A model generated the notes under the pieces. The model did not search any database, was not told the DNA's origin, and saw nothing but the letters and a program-made list of their open reading frames with translations. A stretch of 64,000 nt of DNA. Origin: Bryobacterales bacterium (lineage in GTDB: Bacteria; Acidobacteriota; Terriglobia; Bryobacterales; Bryobacteraceae). The DNA is taken from contig CAVXWB010000142.1 in NCBI GenBank assembly GCA_963765185.1, forward strand, positions 1,895 to 65,894, in the 5' to 3' direction. Shown here piece after piece: positions 55,558-64,000 of this stretch (its first letter is position 1; every line of letters starts with the position of its first letter). The translations under genes and the position numbers were made by a program.

Positions 55558-55956
55558 TCAGAAGAAGGCAATGCCGCGCGCCGCCAACAGCACGCCGGCC
55601 CACAGGGTCAACGTCAGAGGAGTGGCAATCTTCGAGCGCACTTGACTCGTCGCCGCCAGCATGACCAGCAATAGCATCTTCACGCGAAACGATTGACTGC
55701 CGGCACAAAGCAGCGGCTCGTCCGCGAATAGCAGTGCGCCCGTCACAAGCATGACCGCCCCACCGGTCCATAGAATGGCAGGCCGCGGACGCCCCTCTCC
55801 GTTGCTTCGGTAGAGCGACGAGAGTAATACAGCGCCGCCAAACCATGCCAGACCGAGCACGTGCAGCCCGCCGATCACCGGATAAGCCCATGTCGAGCCC
55901 GCCAGGACCGCGCTAAACGCCGTCGAATGGACCCACTGAGCGAGAGCTAGCAGCAT
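55558..55956 (-). CDS. Small 4-TM membrane protein (same family, member 2)
   Basis: ATG 55956 lies 2 nt after the upstream stop. It has 'WAYPVIGGLHVLGLAW' and the C-terminal 'LWAGVLLAARGIAFF'. Confidence 0.55.
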   Translation of the reverse strand: MLLALAQWVHSTAFSAVLAGSTWAYPVIGGLHVLGLAWFGGAVLLSSLYRSNGEGRPRPAILWTGGAVMLVTGALLFADEPLLCAGSQSFRVKMLLLVMLAATSQVRSKIATPLTLTLWAGVLLAARGIAFF

Positions 55957-55958
55957 AT

Positions 55959-56357
55959 TCAGATGTCGAAATCCGCGATAGCCCGCGCCGCCAGCACCAC
56001 GCCTGTCCACAGCACCAGGGATACAATCGCGATCGCCTTATGCCTTCGAGGCACGAAATATGAGATTAGCGCCAGCACTGCCAGCGCCATCTTCACACCA
56101 AACGCTGGGTTGAGCCGGTAACGTTCCCAATCGGCGAACCACATCAAAGCGCCGGTCGCCAGAAGGATCGCGAGCCCGCTTTGCGCCCACGGCTTAAAGA
56201 TTCGATCAAGCTCTTCACTCGTCTGAGGCGCGATGGCCGCCCCGAGCCTGCGCAGGTCCGTAAAGAGGATCGTACCAGCCAGCAACGCGACGCCTGATAA
56301 ATGCGCCGCTTCAATCACCGGAAATGCCCAGGAGTTCTTCAGCGGAACCATCCACAT
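55959..56357 (-). CDS. Small 4-TM membrane protein (same family, member 1)
   Basis: AAGGAG plus ATG 56357. It has 'WAFPVIEAAHLSGVALL' and the C-terminal 'LWTGVVLAARAIADF'. Confidence 0.55.
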   Translation of the reverse strand: MWMVPLKNSWAFPVIEAAHLSGVALLAGTILFTDLRRLGAAIAPQTSEELDRIFKPWAQSGLAILLATGALMWFADWERYRLNPAFGVKMALAVLALISYFVPRRHKAIAIVSLVLWTGVVLAARAIADFDI

Positions 56358-56827
56358 GCTCCTTAGTTCTTCACCTGGATTTCTGTTTTTGCTCCCTCAA
56401 CTATGTGAGTGTACACCCTCGGGCGCATCTGGTTGGTATCGAGGTGCCCTGCGCAATTATGCCTGGTAGGGAAATGTCGGGAGCGGGCCTCGATCGCTCG
56501 AAGACCGCCTTGCCCGCGCCATCTGCGCGACCGCCCCCGGCGTGGCGCGCGCCAACTTCGCGATACGCACTGCGCTCCGGAACGAAGCGCATCGCGACTA
56601 CATGTTTAGGCTGGAAGGGATCTGCGCGACATGCGGGGAGGCTTCCGCCCGCGACCTGGATTTGACGGTGGAAGGCAGCGCGCTGAAACTGGCGCGGCCG
56701 GTAAAGCAAAATTACGGAGCCAAAGATTGTCTCCACCGACGAGGCTACGCAAATCCGCCAAACCGCAGGTGCCTCCCGCCACGATTCACCCCGCCGTGAT
56801 CACCCAGGGCGGGCTGGGAACATCCTC

Positions 56828-56923
56828 TTATTCCGCCGTGCTCTTCTTACGGCGCATCGCGATCATCCCCAGAAAACAGACCGCCAGCACCGCACAAACG
56901 AATCGAACTGTTGCAGCGTCCAT
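56828..56923 (-). CDS. Candidate 31-aa single-TM peptide
   Basis: AAGGAG lies 8 nt upstream of ATG 56923. The product is 'MDAATVRFVCAVLAVCFLGMIAMRRKKSTAE'. The ORF starts 24 nt downstream of the PilZ gene stop. Confidence 0.3.
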   Translation of the reverse strand: MDAATVRFVCAVLAVCFLGMIAMRRKKSTAE

Positions 56924-56947
56924 CGTTCATCTCCTTTTCAGGTCGCT

Positions 56948-57301
56948 TCAGGCGACCGCCAATAATTTCGAGTGGTTCGGGGTGGGCTGAGGCGTGGGCC
57001 CCGCGACGGCTTCCCGCAGGAGCCGTTTCAACTCCGATTTCTCAAGCCATGACAAAATCAACAGGCCAGCGCTGTATTCCCCTTCGTCCGGTTCACAACG
57101 GCGCACTTCCGTCATCATCAGCTCATCGCCGACTTCCAGCTCTACCAGGCTCCCAACCTCCAAGTCAGCGCTTGATTTGATCCTCATGTCATCTGAAGAC
57201 ACATCGACGAATCTTCCGGTGCAGACGGTGCCATTTTTCTGCATTGCCGTAATGAGAACAGGCTGGTTGAATTTCACTCGGGATTCGGATCGTTGTTCCA
57301 T
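56948..57301 (-). CDS. PilZ-domain-like protein
   Basis: The N-terminal 'QRSESR' has RxxxR spacing. 'DVSSDDM' follows in the place of D/NxSxxG. The size is that of a beta-barrel protein (117 aa). Confidence 0.55.
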   Translation of the reverse strand: MEQRSESRVKFNQPVLITAMQKNGTVCTGRFVDVSSDDMRIKSSADLEVGSLVELEVGDELMMTEVRRCEPDEGEYSAGLLILSWLEKSELKRLLREAVAGPTPQPTPNHSKLLAVA

Positions 57302-57694
57302 ACGCCATTGTGCGAGCCGGGCGGTCGTGAATCAATAGAACTGGCGGGCTGAATTGAACGAGTGAACTCACCTAGGTACGGGGCAACACTACGTACCAGA
57401 GTCCGATGCTTTCCCCGAGTGTGAGAATAAGCGACATTCCCGGCCACGCCGGCGGGCCCCGGATGGACGATTCGGCGCTCCCCACCTCGAGACCGCTATC
57501 TAGGCCGTCAGCAGAGGAATCGCAGGAGGGGGTGGACAGGACACTTTCCTTTGCGTCAGCTTCTCGGCGTTGCGCCAGGTGGCAGGCGCTTTGGATGATC
57601 CAGTCACGACTCACCGCTATGTCCAGTCAATAAGGGTCTGAACGGGGGCTCGCTGCGACAACCGTGCAGGTAGTCCCCAGGTGGTCGGCGGTCT

Positions 57695-58200
57695 TTACTC
57701 CGAGGTCAGTGAAAGCCGGTGCCCGTTATGCAACCACGCTGGTCGGATGTTGTCCCGAGCCAGAGTGTTCATCACACGAGCGGGACTACCAAGATCGACC
57801 CATCCCGATGTCATATCGGGGACTGCCAACAATCGATTCGGATGAAGAGCCAAAACGTGGCTCGAAAGGTCTACGGCGGGCATCAGCCGGTATGCGGCTT
57901 CCAGTTCAATCTTTTCCATCGCCTTATTAATGGACAGAATCACCTCCGGACATTGTGAACGGAACAAATCAACGAAGGCGCCGGCACGTCCCACGGTCAC
58001 AAACGTGTTCCAGAGGCAACCGCGGAGTAAGAGTGCTCGGGCTTGCTGCAAGGATGGCTTTTCCCAAAACCGGTTCACGCGTAACAGCGGGGCTGGCGCA
58101 TTCGAAATCGCCGAGCCGAGCTCTATCCACCCGTATTCGACTTCCGCGTAGTGGGGCCTTGGCACCCAGGAGGACGACCGAATCCGGATATTTCTCGGCG
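57695..58200 (-). pseudogene. 5'-truncated sugar-phosphate nucleotidyltransferase (ManC-like) remnant with a frameshift
   Basis: 'EKYPDSVVLLGAKA' is in one frame and 'PHYAEVEYGWIELG...RFWEKPS...WNTFVTVG...SGWVDLGSPARV' in another. They meet at the G4 run 58153-58156. The N-terminal GxGxR nucleotide-binding region is absent. Confidence 0.5.
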
Positions 58201-58533
58201 CCCGGCGATCACGAGCTTCTTCCGTCCAGTCTTCTCCACCCAGTCGACGATACGCGGGTCTTCCCACGAATTGAGAGTCGTCCGGTCGATCGGCGCGACT
58301 GCCTTGGTCGCCTCGGCCAGAGGCGCGACCAGACCCTGACGCTCCTTGAAGGCAGTCGTGGTCTGCATCGGCACTTTGAAGATCGCTGCCGCCTTGACCA
58401 GGGCCACGGCATGGTTGATGAGCTCGCTCGCCTCGTGTGAGCGAATGGTGAGCATCTGCAGATATTGGTGGTCGATCATCAGCAGCGAATGATTATCCGG
58501 GCTGAGCAGCGTCTTGGCTGGATTGGCAGGCAT
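58201..58533 (-). pseudogene. 3'-truncated isochorismatase-family hydrolase remnant
   Basis: 'LLMIDHQ...AAIFKVPMQTTT...RTTLNSWEDPRIVDWVEKTGRKKLVIAG' is followed by unrelated sequence. The catalytic-Cys half is missing. Confidence 0.55.
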
Positions 58534-59056
58534 TGCATTTCTCCCTTAGAAGCATGTTCCGCGGAAGAGAAATGCAATCACCACTCCAAAAGCGGATTGC
58601 ACGTCTTCAAGCTGATCGGACAACGCATAGAGTCCCTCGATACAGCGTGCGAGGGCCTGTATTTCGACGATTTGTCGTCATTTCGTCGGTTTTCTTGACC
58701 GCTCCAATCTTCGAAACCTTTTCTTACGGCGATCATCGAGGGCACTGAGGTGAGTTGGCCGTGGCCGGCGCATTGGTCGCCGTCGCCGGAGCGGCAGCAC
58801 TTCTGAACGTGAAACGGACCGCCTTTTGAACTAAATGCACCAGGCGTTCGCTATGCGATTTCCTAACCCTTCCACCTCGAACCTGCAGAAGTTCATGCGC
58901 TGGAACAAGTCTTCCGGGACCTATCCCATTGCCTTGGCCGCAGACGTTCGCGGCTTTCGCCTACGACGCCGTGTAGGTCGGGATGATCAAGTGGCGCGTG
59001 CCCACGGCCGTCGCTTACGTTGACCCATGCTGGCTTTTTGGGTCAACGACGGACGT

Positions 59057-59929
59057 TTACCGCCGGCTCGGTTCGAACCGGCCCTCCCGGTAATCGATAT
59101 TCGCTTGCCGGATCTGCTCTTCGGTGTTCATGACGAAGGGACCCCGTGCCACAACCGGCTCGCGAAGAGGGCGGCCCGCAAAGAGCAGAACGCGCAAGGG
59201 CGTAGTTCCGCCAGCGATGCTCACTTCTGAAAGGCCGTCGTCGTCTGTTCGGGTCAACCAGACCACATCACCGGCGTGTACCGGCGATTGGTCGCCGCCG
59301 GGCCGTCGCCCTCCAACGAGGCCATCGCCTTCCAGCACGACAAGGAACGCGTTGTAATCGGCAGGCAGTTCCTGCCGAATGCGCGCCCCGGCTTCAAGTC
59401 GCACTTCGAGCATTGTGACCGGCGTATAGTTCTTGGTCGGCGCGATCACGTCTCCTGACTTTCCGGAGAAAACGCGAATTTCAGCACCCTGCTCGCGCCG
59501 CAGCGGCAGATCGGCGGCGACCAGGTTTTGAGTTCGTGGTTCGACCATTTTGTCGGCGGCGGGTAGATTGACCCAGAGCTGCAGAGAGTGAACCGTTACA
59601 CCAACAGGCGGTTGTTCATTGTGAATGATGCCGCGCCCCGCAGTCATCCATTGCACATTTCCGGGCAAGAGTGAGCCCTTGTTGCCGTAGTTGTCGTAAT
59701 GATCAAGCCGCCCATCGATCACATAGGTGACAGTCTCCATGCCCCTGTGTGGGTGCCTGTCAAACACGCCGCGCGGAAACCGGTCCTCCATCAGCAGCAG
59801 AAAAGGATCAGTTGCCATGGGATCACCTGGCGGAATGAGCGGACGAACACGATGTTGTGGCGTCATACCCGTTTGTACTGTTGGACGGTCGATTCGCGCA
59901 ACGCTGCGTTGAAGAATAGTGACGTTCAT
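59057..59929 (-). CDS. Pirin-family protein
   Basis: 'FDRHPHRGMETVTYVIDGRLDHYDNYGNKGSLLPGNVQWMTAGRGIIHNE' is the pirin cupin signature. Confidence 0.85.
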   Translation of the reverse strand: MNVTILQRSVARIDRPTVQTGMTPQHRVRPLIPPGDPMATDPFLLLMEDRFPRGVFDRHPHRGMETVTYVIDGRLDHYDNYGNKGSLLPGNVQWMTAGRGIIHNEQPPVGVTVHSLQLWVNLPAADKMVEPRTQNLVAADLPLRREQGAEIRVFSGKSGDVIAPTKNYTPVTMLEVRLEAGARIRQELPADYNAFLVVLEGDGLVGGRRPGGDQSPVHAGDVVWLTRTDDDGLSEVSIAGGTTPLRVLLFAGRPLREPVVARGPFVMNTEEQIRQANIDYREGRFEPSRR

Positions 59930-60349
59930 AATATTGCCTCCCGGCACGTTCATCGCCAGACATCATGGCGTCGTGACTTTAGAATCAAAGCGCCCTATAG
60001 GGACCGTTTAGCATGCATTGACGAAATACGAACGGCCGCGACGCATGCGCAACAGCGCGTCGGTTACCCGGCGTCAGCCATCCCACGGGTAGAATTATCT
60101 CCTTTCCTGCGAGGGCCTGACCGTCTCTGAAATACTCGACGCCACGCGGAAAAATCCAAGCCAGAGCCCGCCCTGCAAAGTGTCGGCGAGCGGAGTCGTG
60201 GCGAAGCCATCACCTCCCAGCCCGGCCCAGGGGATCCGTTCGACCAGACTCCCCTCAAGCAAATAAAAAGGCCCCGTTCTGCGTGCGCAGACTACAGCAA
60301 GATCACCTTTGACGCTGTTGAGATTGGATGCCGACTGGGACAACCTGGG

Positions 60350-61432
60350 TCACGCCCCCGCTGCTCGCACCGCCGACGCTGAGCTTTGCCCGCGACGGAT
60401 GCCCAGCCGCCTCATCTTGGAGATCAACGTCGTCCGCGGCAGGCCCAGCCGGGCGGCTGCGCCATTGGACCGCCGATCACACCATCCGTCTGCTGGAGAA
60501 TCTGAAGGATGTGCGAGCGCTCCGCCTCTTCCAGCGTGACGGCGCGGACAGCATACCTGGCAGGTACTTCGGGCAGCGAACCATTCAGCACTGGACCAGT
60601 CGAGAGAATCACCGAACGCTCGATGAAGTTTTGCAACTCCCGGACGTTGCCCGGCCATGAATGCTCGACCAGAGCCGCCATGAAATCCTCTGAAATGGCC
60701 GTAATCGGCTTGTGCATGCGAGCAGCGTAATCCATCGCAAAATGTTGGACTAACAAACGGATATCTTCGGGGCGATCACGCAGCGGCGGCAGTTCAATGG
60801 GGAACACGCTGAGCCGATAGAAGAGGTCGGCGCGGAATTGCCGTTCGTCGACCATCTCAGCGAGATTCCGATGCGTGGCGCAGATCACGCGCACATCGGC
60901 GTGAATCGTGGCCGCACCGCCTAGACGCTCGAACTGTCTTTCCTGCATGACGCGAAGAAGCTTTGGCTGCAACTCCAGCGGAAGGTCGCCGATTTCGTCC
61001 AGGAACAAGCGTACCGCGGTTGGCCCGCTCGAACCGTCCGATACTGCGCGTCGACCGCCCCAGTGAAAGCGCCACGCTCGTGTCCGAACAGTTCGCTTTC
61101 CAGCAAGCCAGCAGGAATGGCGGCGCAATTCACCTTCACAAACGGGCCGTTCGATCGGTCGCTGCACTTGTGAATGGCTTCCGCAATCAGTTCCTTTCCA
61201 GTTCCTGTTTCCCCGTTGATCAACACCGTGGCGTCGGTCGGCGCCACGATGCGCACCATGTCCGAGTACGTGCCGAAGAGCTGCGCTGTTACCGATAATG
61301 CGGGGTAATCCGCTGCCGCAAAGTTCGCTGAGTGTCGAGCGCGATTTTCCCCGATGTCGAATCCTCGACTTCAAAGGACGCGTTACTGTTGACTGCGGGC
61401 ACTTCACGTGCCCAGCTTGCTGGTGTCGCCAT
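60350..61432 (-). pseudogene. Sigma-54-dependent activator (AAA+ plus Fis-type HTH, no receiver domain) with at least four apparent frameshifts
   Basis: The pieces 'IIGNSAAL', '[30 protein letters not shown]...[17 protein letters not shown]', '[12 protein letters not shown]', '[30 protein letters not shown]...WPGNVRELQN' and 'GAAARLGLPRTTLISKMRRLGI' lie in alternating frames. Confidence 0.75.
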
Positions 61433-61447
61433 ACTATTTACTCCTTT

Positions 61448-61711
61448 CTAACTTCCGCATCGTTGTCTCGTAATCCACTCGCGAACGTACGCCGGGCAAT
61501 TCTGAAGTGTGATGCCGTTTGATTCGCAGCTCTCAAGGAAGATGACGCCATCTTCGTTCACCAGCGTCAGGTCTCTCAGGTCCAAGGCTATACGGCGCCC
61601 ATTCGCTTCTGAGCGAATTACTGATTGCAGCCCGGCCGTGGCTTCTTCGTCCATTTGGCCGCTCAGCGTAAAGACCACTTCCCCGTGTTCCGACCTTTGA
61701 ATCCTCAGCAT
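61448..61711 (-). CDS. Small STAS-like (anti-sigma antagonist fold) protein
   Basis: 'MLRIQRSEHGEVVFTLSGQMDEEATAGLQSVI...IALDLRDLTLVNEDGVIFL'. The stop lies 15 nt upstream of the activator ATG. Confidence 0.5.
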   Translation of the reverse strand: MLRIQRSEHGEVVFTLSGQMDEEATAGLQSVIRSEANGRRIALDLRDLTLVNEDGVIFLESCESNGITLQNCPAYVREWITRQRCGS

Positions 61712-61856
61712 CCTACCTCGCCATCGAGATTGCAAGCTTGAGGCCAATTGTAAGTTGTTGAAATTACGACAATTGAAAGACATGCCAATTGTCCACTTTG
61801 GTCAATTAGCCAAACTTGGACAATTTGGGAGCCTGTCGAGAGTTTAGAAGCGATTC

Positions 61857-62536
61857 TTGTTGATTCTTAGCTTTCGTATTCAGCTTCGATTGGGCGCTTC
61901 CTACCGGCAGGCGCTGGAACCGGAAATCCAGCTTGAAGCGTCTCGATTCCGGCTTAGACTAGGTCATGCATACAAGGATTTGGACGAAATCCGCGATCTC
62001 GCCCTAGCCGAGCAGTGGTACCGCCGCAGTCTGGAACTGCGCGACAACGAAGATCACATGGGCCGGGCGCAGTGCACCGGCCAGTTGGGCAATGTGGCGC
62101 ACCACCGGTTCCGCGACGGGAGAACAGTAACCAGCCAGCTGAGGAATGCCTGACTCATCTCTCAAACGCGGAACGATATTACAGGCAGGCACTCGAAATG
62201 TTCCCGAGGAGCGCCGTCGAAGGACTGGCTGTCACCCACAGCCAACTCGGCATCATCTACTCAGAAGCTGGGCAGATCGACCTCGCGCTCCGCAACCACC
62301 GCGAGTCAATCCGCTATTACGAATCTATGCAAGATCGCTTAGGAGCCGGCAAGACCCGCCGCAACGCAGCCCGCGCACTCGCCGGCGCGGGCCGCTTCGA
62401 CAACGCCCGCGAGTGGGCGCAATCCGCCCTGCGCGATTTCCAAGCCTGCGGAAACGCGGACCAAGAGGTCGTCAAGACGCTGAAGCTTTTGGAACAGATC
62501 GAATCTGCTCGCCAAGCGAGCTCACCGCCGTCGTAA
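61857..62536 (+). pseudogene. C-terminal TPR-repeat fragment with a frameshift
   Basis: TPR-like 'AEQWYRRSLELRDNEDHMGRAQCTGQLGNVA' is in one frame. 'AERYYRQALEMFP...SQLGIIYSEAGQIDLALRNHRESIRYYE' is in another. The junction is near 62120. No credible N-terminal domain is present. Confidence 0.45.
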
Positions 62537-63134
62537 GCACATCCACGCCCACCACATTGATCAGCTCAATCCCCAGTAGCAGCGCCTTCACGCTCGGCTC
62601 CTCGGGTCCCTCGTCCAGGTCCTTCAGCGCCCGGCCCAATTCCTGCTGATCCTCCTTCGAAATATTTGCATCAGCGCCAGGCAATACGGCGGCAACGCCT
62701 TCAAAGCCTTGGTAAAATCGACCCTCTTCATCACCTCAGCCACGGCATCGGAGCGCGCCGCCGCGCGCTTGCGATCCACAGCCCGATCGGCCGCCGTGAG
62801 GAAGATCTGGAGGAACCCGCTGGGCCCGATGGCCACGTCCCGGTCGCCTGCCCGCACCACCAACAGCGACGTCCGGAAGAACGCCATCGCGCTCACTCCT
62901 GCCATCAAGACCTGGGCCCAGCGAGATGTCTCGAAGAGGTGATTCGCGCGGATCAAGCCGAGCGCCGCAATCGACGCCGCACAGTTTAAGAGCGATATAG
63001 AAACCCGCCGGCAAGCTCTTGATCGAGGCGCCAGAATCGTCCTTGTATCGGGAAATCAATTCGCTGGCACCGGCCACCCCGCCAGCGCTGCCACGGCGGG
63101 CCAGTCGATCCAACTCCAGTCCATATTGTTCCAA
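62472..63134 (-). pseudogene. Hypothetical gene split over three frames
   Basis: The ORFs 62736-63134, 62624-62956 and 62472-62684 abut head to tail on the same strand. No family was recognised. Confidence 0.3.
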
Positions 63135-63175
63135 GCTTATGCAGGGCGCGCGAATTGTGCTACGGTCACACCACT

Positions 63176-63484
63176 CTAGGTTATGATGATCAGCTGTTCG
63201 GGAGCATCGCCGGTGATCGTGATATACCCGGCGTTGAGCAGGCTCTTCAGGGCCTCGCCATATCGCGAGGGCTCCATGCCATTCTGGGCCTGCAACTCGA
63301 ACAAGCGGAGCGAATGAACAGCATTGCCGGCTAGGATTTCAAGCAGCGTCAGCGGGCTCGCCGGCTCGCGCTGTCCGAGCTTCTCCCGGTTTGTGTACTC
63401 GAAGGTATGGCCGAAACGTGCCTGGCTTGAAATCCGCCATCGGCACGATTGTATCACGCCCCCCGATTGACACCGCCTCTCCAT
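63176..63484 (-). CDS. Small putative winged-helix protein
   Basis: 'PLTLLEILAGNAVHSLRLFELQAQNGMEPSRYGEALKSLLNAGYITI' resembles a wHTH. The start is uncertain. Confidence 0.3.
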   Translation of the reverse strand: MERRCQSGGVIQSCRWRISSQARFGHTFEYTNREKLGQREPASPLTLLEILAGNAVHSLRLFELQAQNGMEPSRYGEALKSLLNAGYITITGDAPEQLIIIT

Positions 63485-63592
63485 GGGTGATACCGTAGGA
63501 GCCGGGTTTCGTAAATGTTTTGTTTTGTGCTTGTTGCGGTTACGCGACAGTGTAGTGTTTCAGATACAATCCCCTTCTGGAGTTGACGCGCC

Positions 63593-64000
63593 ATGGCTTA
63601 CACTTTGACTGTGAATGGCAAGAAGTCCACTGTGGACGTTCCTGCCGATATGCCCTTGTTATGGGTCCTACGAGACGTTCTCAAACTCCACGGCACGAAA
63701 TACGGCTGCGGAATTGCCCAGTGCGGAGCTTGCACTGTCCACCTCAACGGAAAGCGGTGCGATCGTGCCAAACGCAGATCGCGACGGTCGGCACCCAAGC
63801 GGTAACCACCATCGAAGGCATCTCGGCGGACGGCAATCATCCCGTGCAGATCGCCTGGGAACAGGTGGATGTGCCGCAATGCGGGTATTGCCAGGCCGGG
63901 CAGATCATGACGGCCACGGCCTCTGCTCGCCGCCAAACTCCAAGCCCACCGACGCGGACATTGATGCCGCCATGAACGGCAACCTGTGCCGCTGCGGAAC
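63593..64000 (+). pseudogene. (2Fe-2S)-binding small subunit of a molybdopterin hydroxylase (IorA/CoxS-like) with apparent frameshifts, running off the window
   Basis: '[54 protein letters not shown]' is in one frame. '[24 protein letters not shown]...[12 protein letters not shown]' is in a second and '[16 protein letters not shown]' in a third. Confidence 0.7.

Noticed and set aside
56358-56827. ORFs 56324-56665, 56401-56736, 56542-56799 and 56631-56990 in the gap between the membrane-protein pair and the PilZ gene.
   Set aside because: They overlap one another in several frames. None has a start context, hydrophobicity pattern or motif that I could support. The region is left unannotated.
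60095-60343. 82-aa minus-strand ORF between pirin and the sigma-54 activator.
   Set aside because: It has no RBS, recognisable motif or coupling to neighbours. It may be a remnant, but I cannot support a call.

Overview
This is a visibly GC-rich bacterial chromosomal segment. Its gene content looks Acidobacteriota-like, which is an inference from BatA/VWA/DUF4159 aerotolerance-type genes, a TonB-dependent receptor with a carboxypeptidase-regulatory-like N-terminus, a PadR-linked membrane protein and many secreted hypotheticals. Recognisable housekeeping genes are pgm, xth, tsaB, modBC, lptB behind a giant LptC/LptA-like protein, rbfA-hemE-hemY, tRNA-Ser(GGA), ku/ligD, a multicopper oxidase, pirin and an exopolysaccharide-type glycosyltransferase set. 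Three observations stand out. (1) A 12-kb same-strand cluster (44.2-56.4 kb) is built almost entirely from uncharacterised families: a TonB-dependent receptor, four copies of a secreted Ig-like plus ~250-aa domain protein, two copies of a small His-rich periplasmic protein, two pairs of small 4-TM proteins and a LysR regulator. It contains a ~1.4-kb recent direct duplication and a shared TATCAA-N5-TTGATA operator-like motif. A third copy of the small His-rich protein sits directly behind the multicopper oxidase. This cluster is my best candidate for an undescribed system, possibly metal or redox related uptake. (2) The density of disrupted reading frames is unusually high: esterase, hemY, hemE, ku, the TonB receptor, a sigma-54 activator, an iorA-like gene and others. 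Many breaks lie in short mononucleotide runs, so consensus error and real decay cannot be separated from sequence alone. (3) There are six toxin-antitoxin-like loci in which the toxin gene is missing or damaged; the antitoxin-side gene is still readable in five of them. I found no rRNA, CRISPR array, transposase or integrase.
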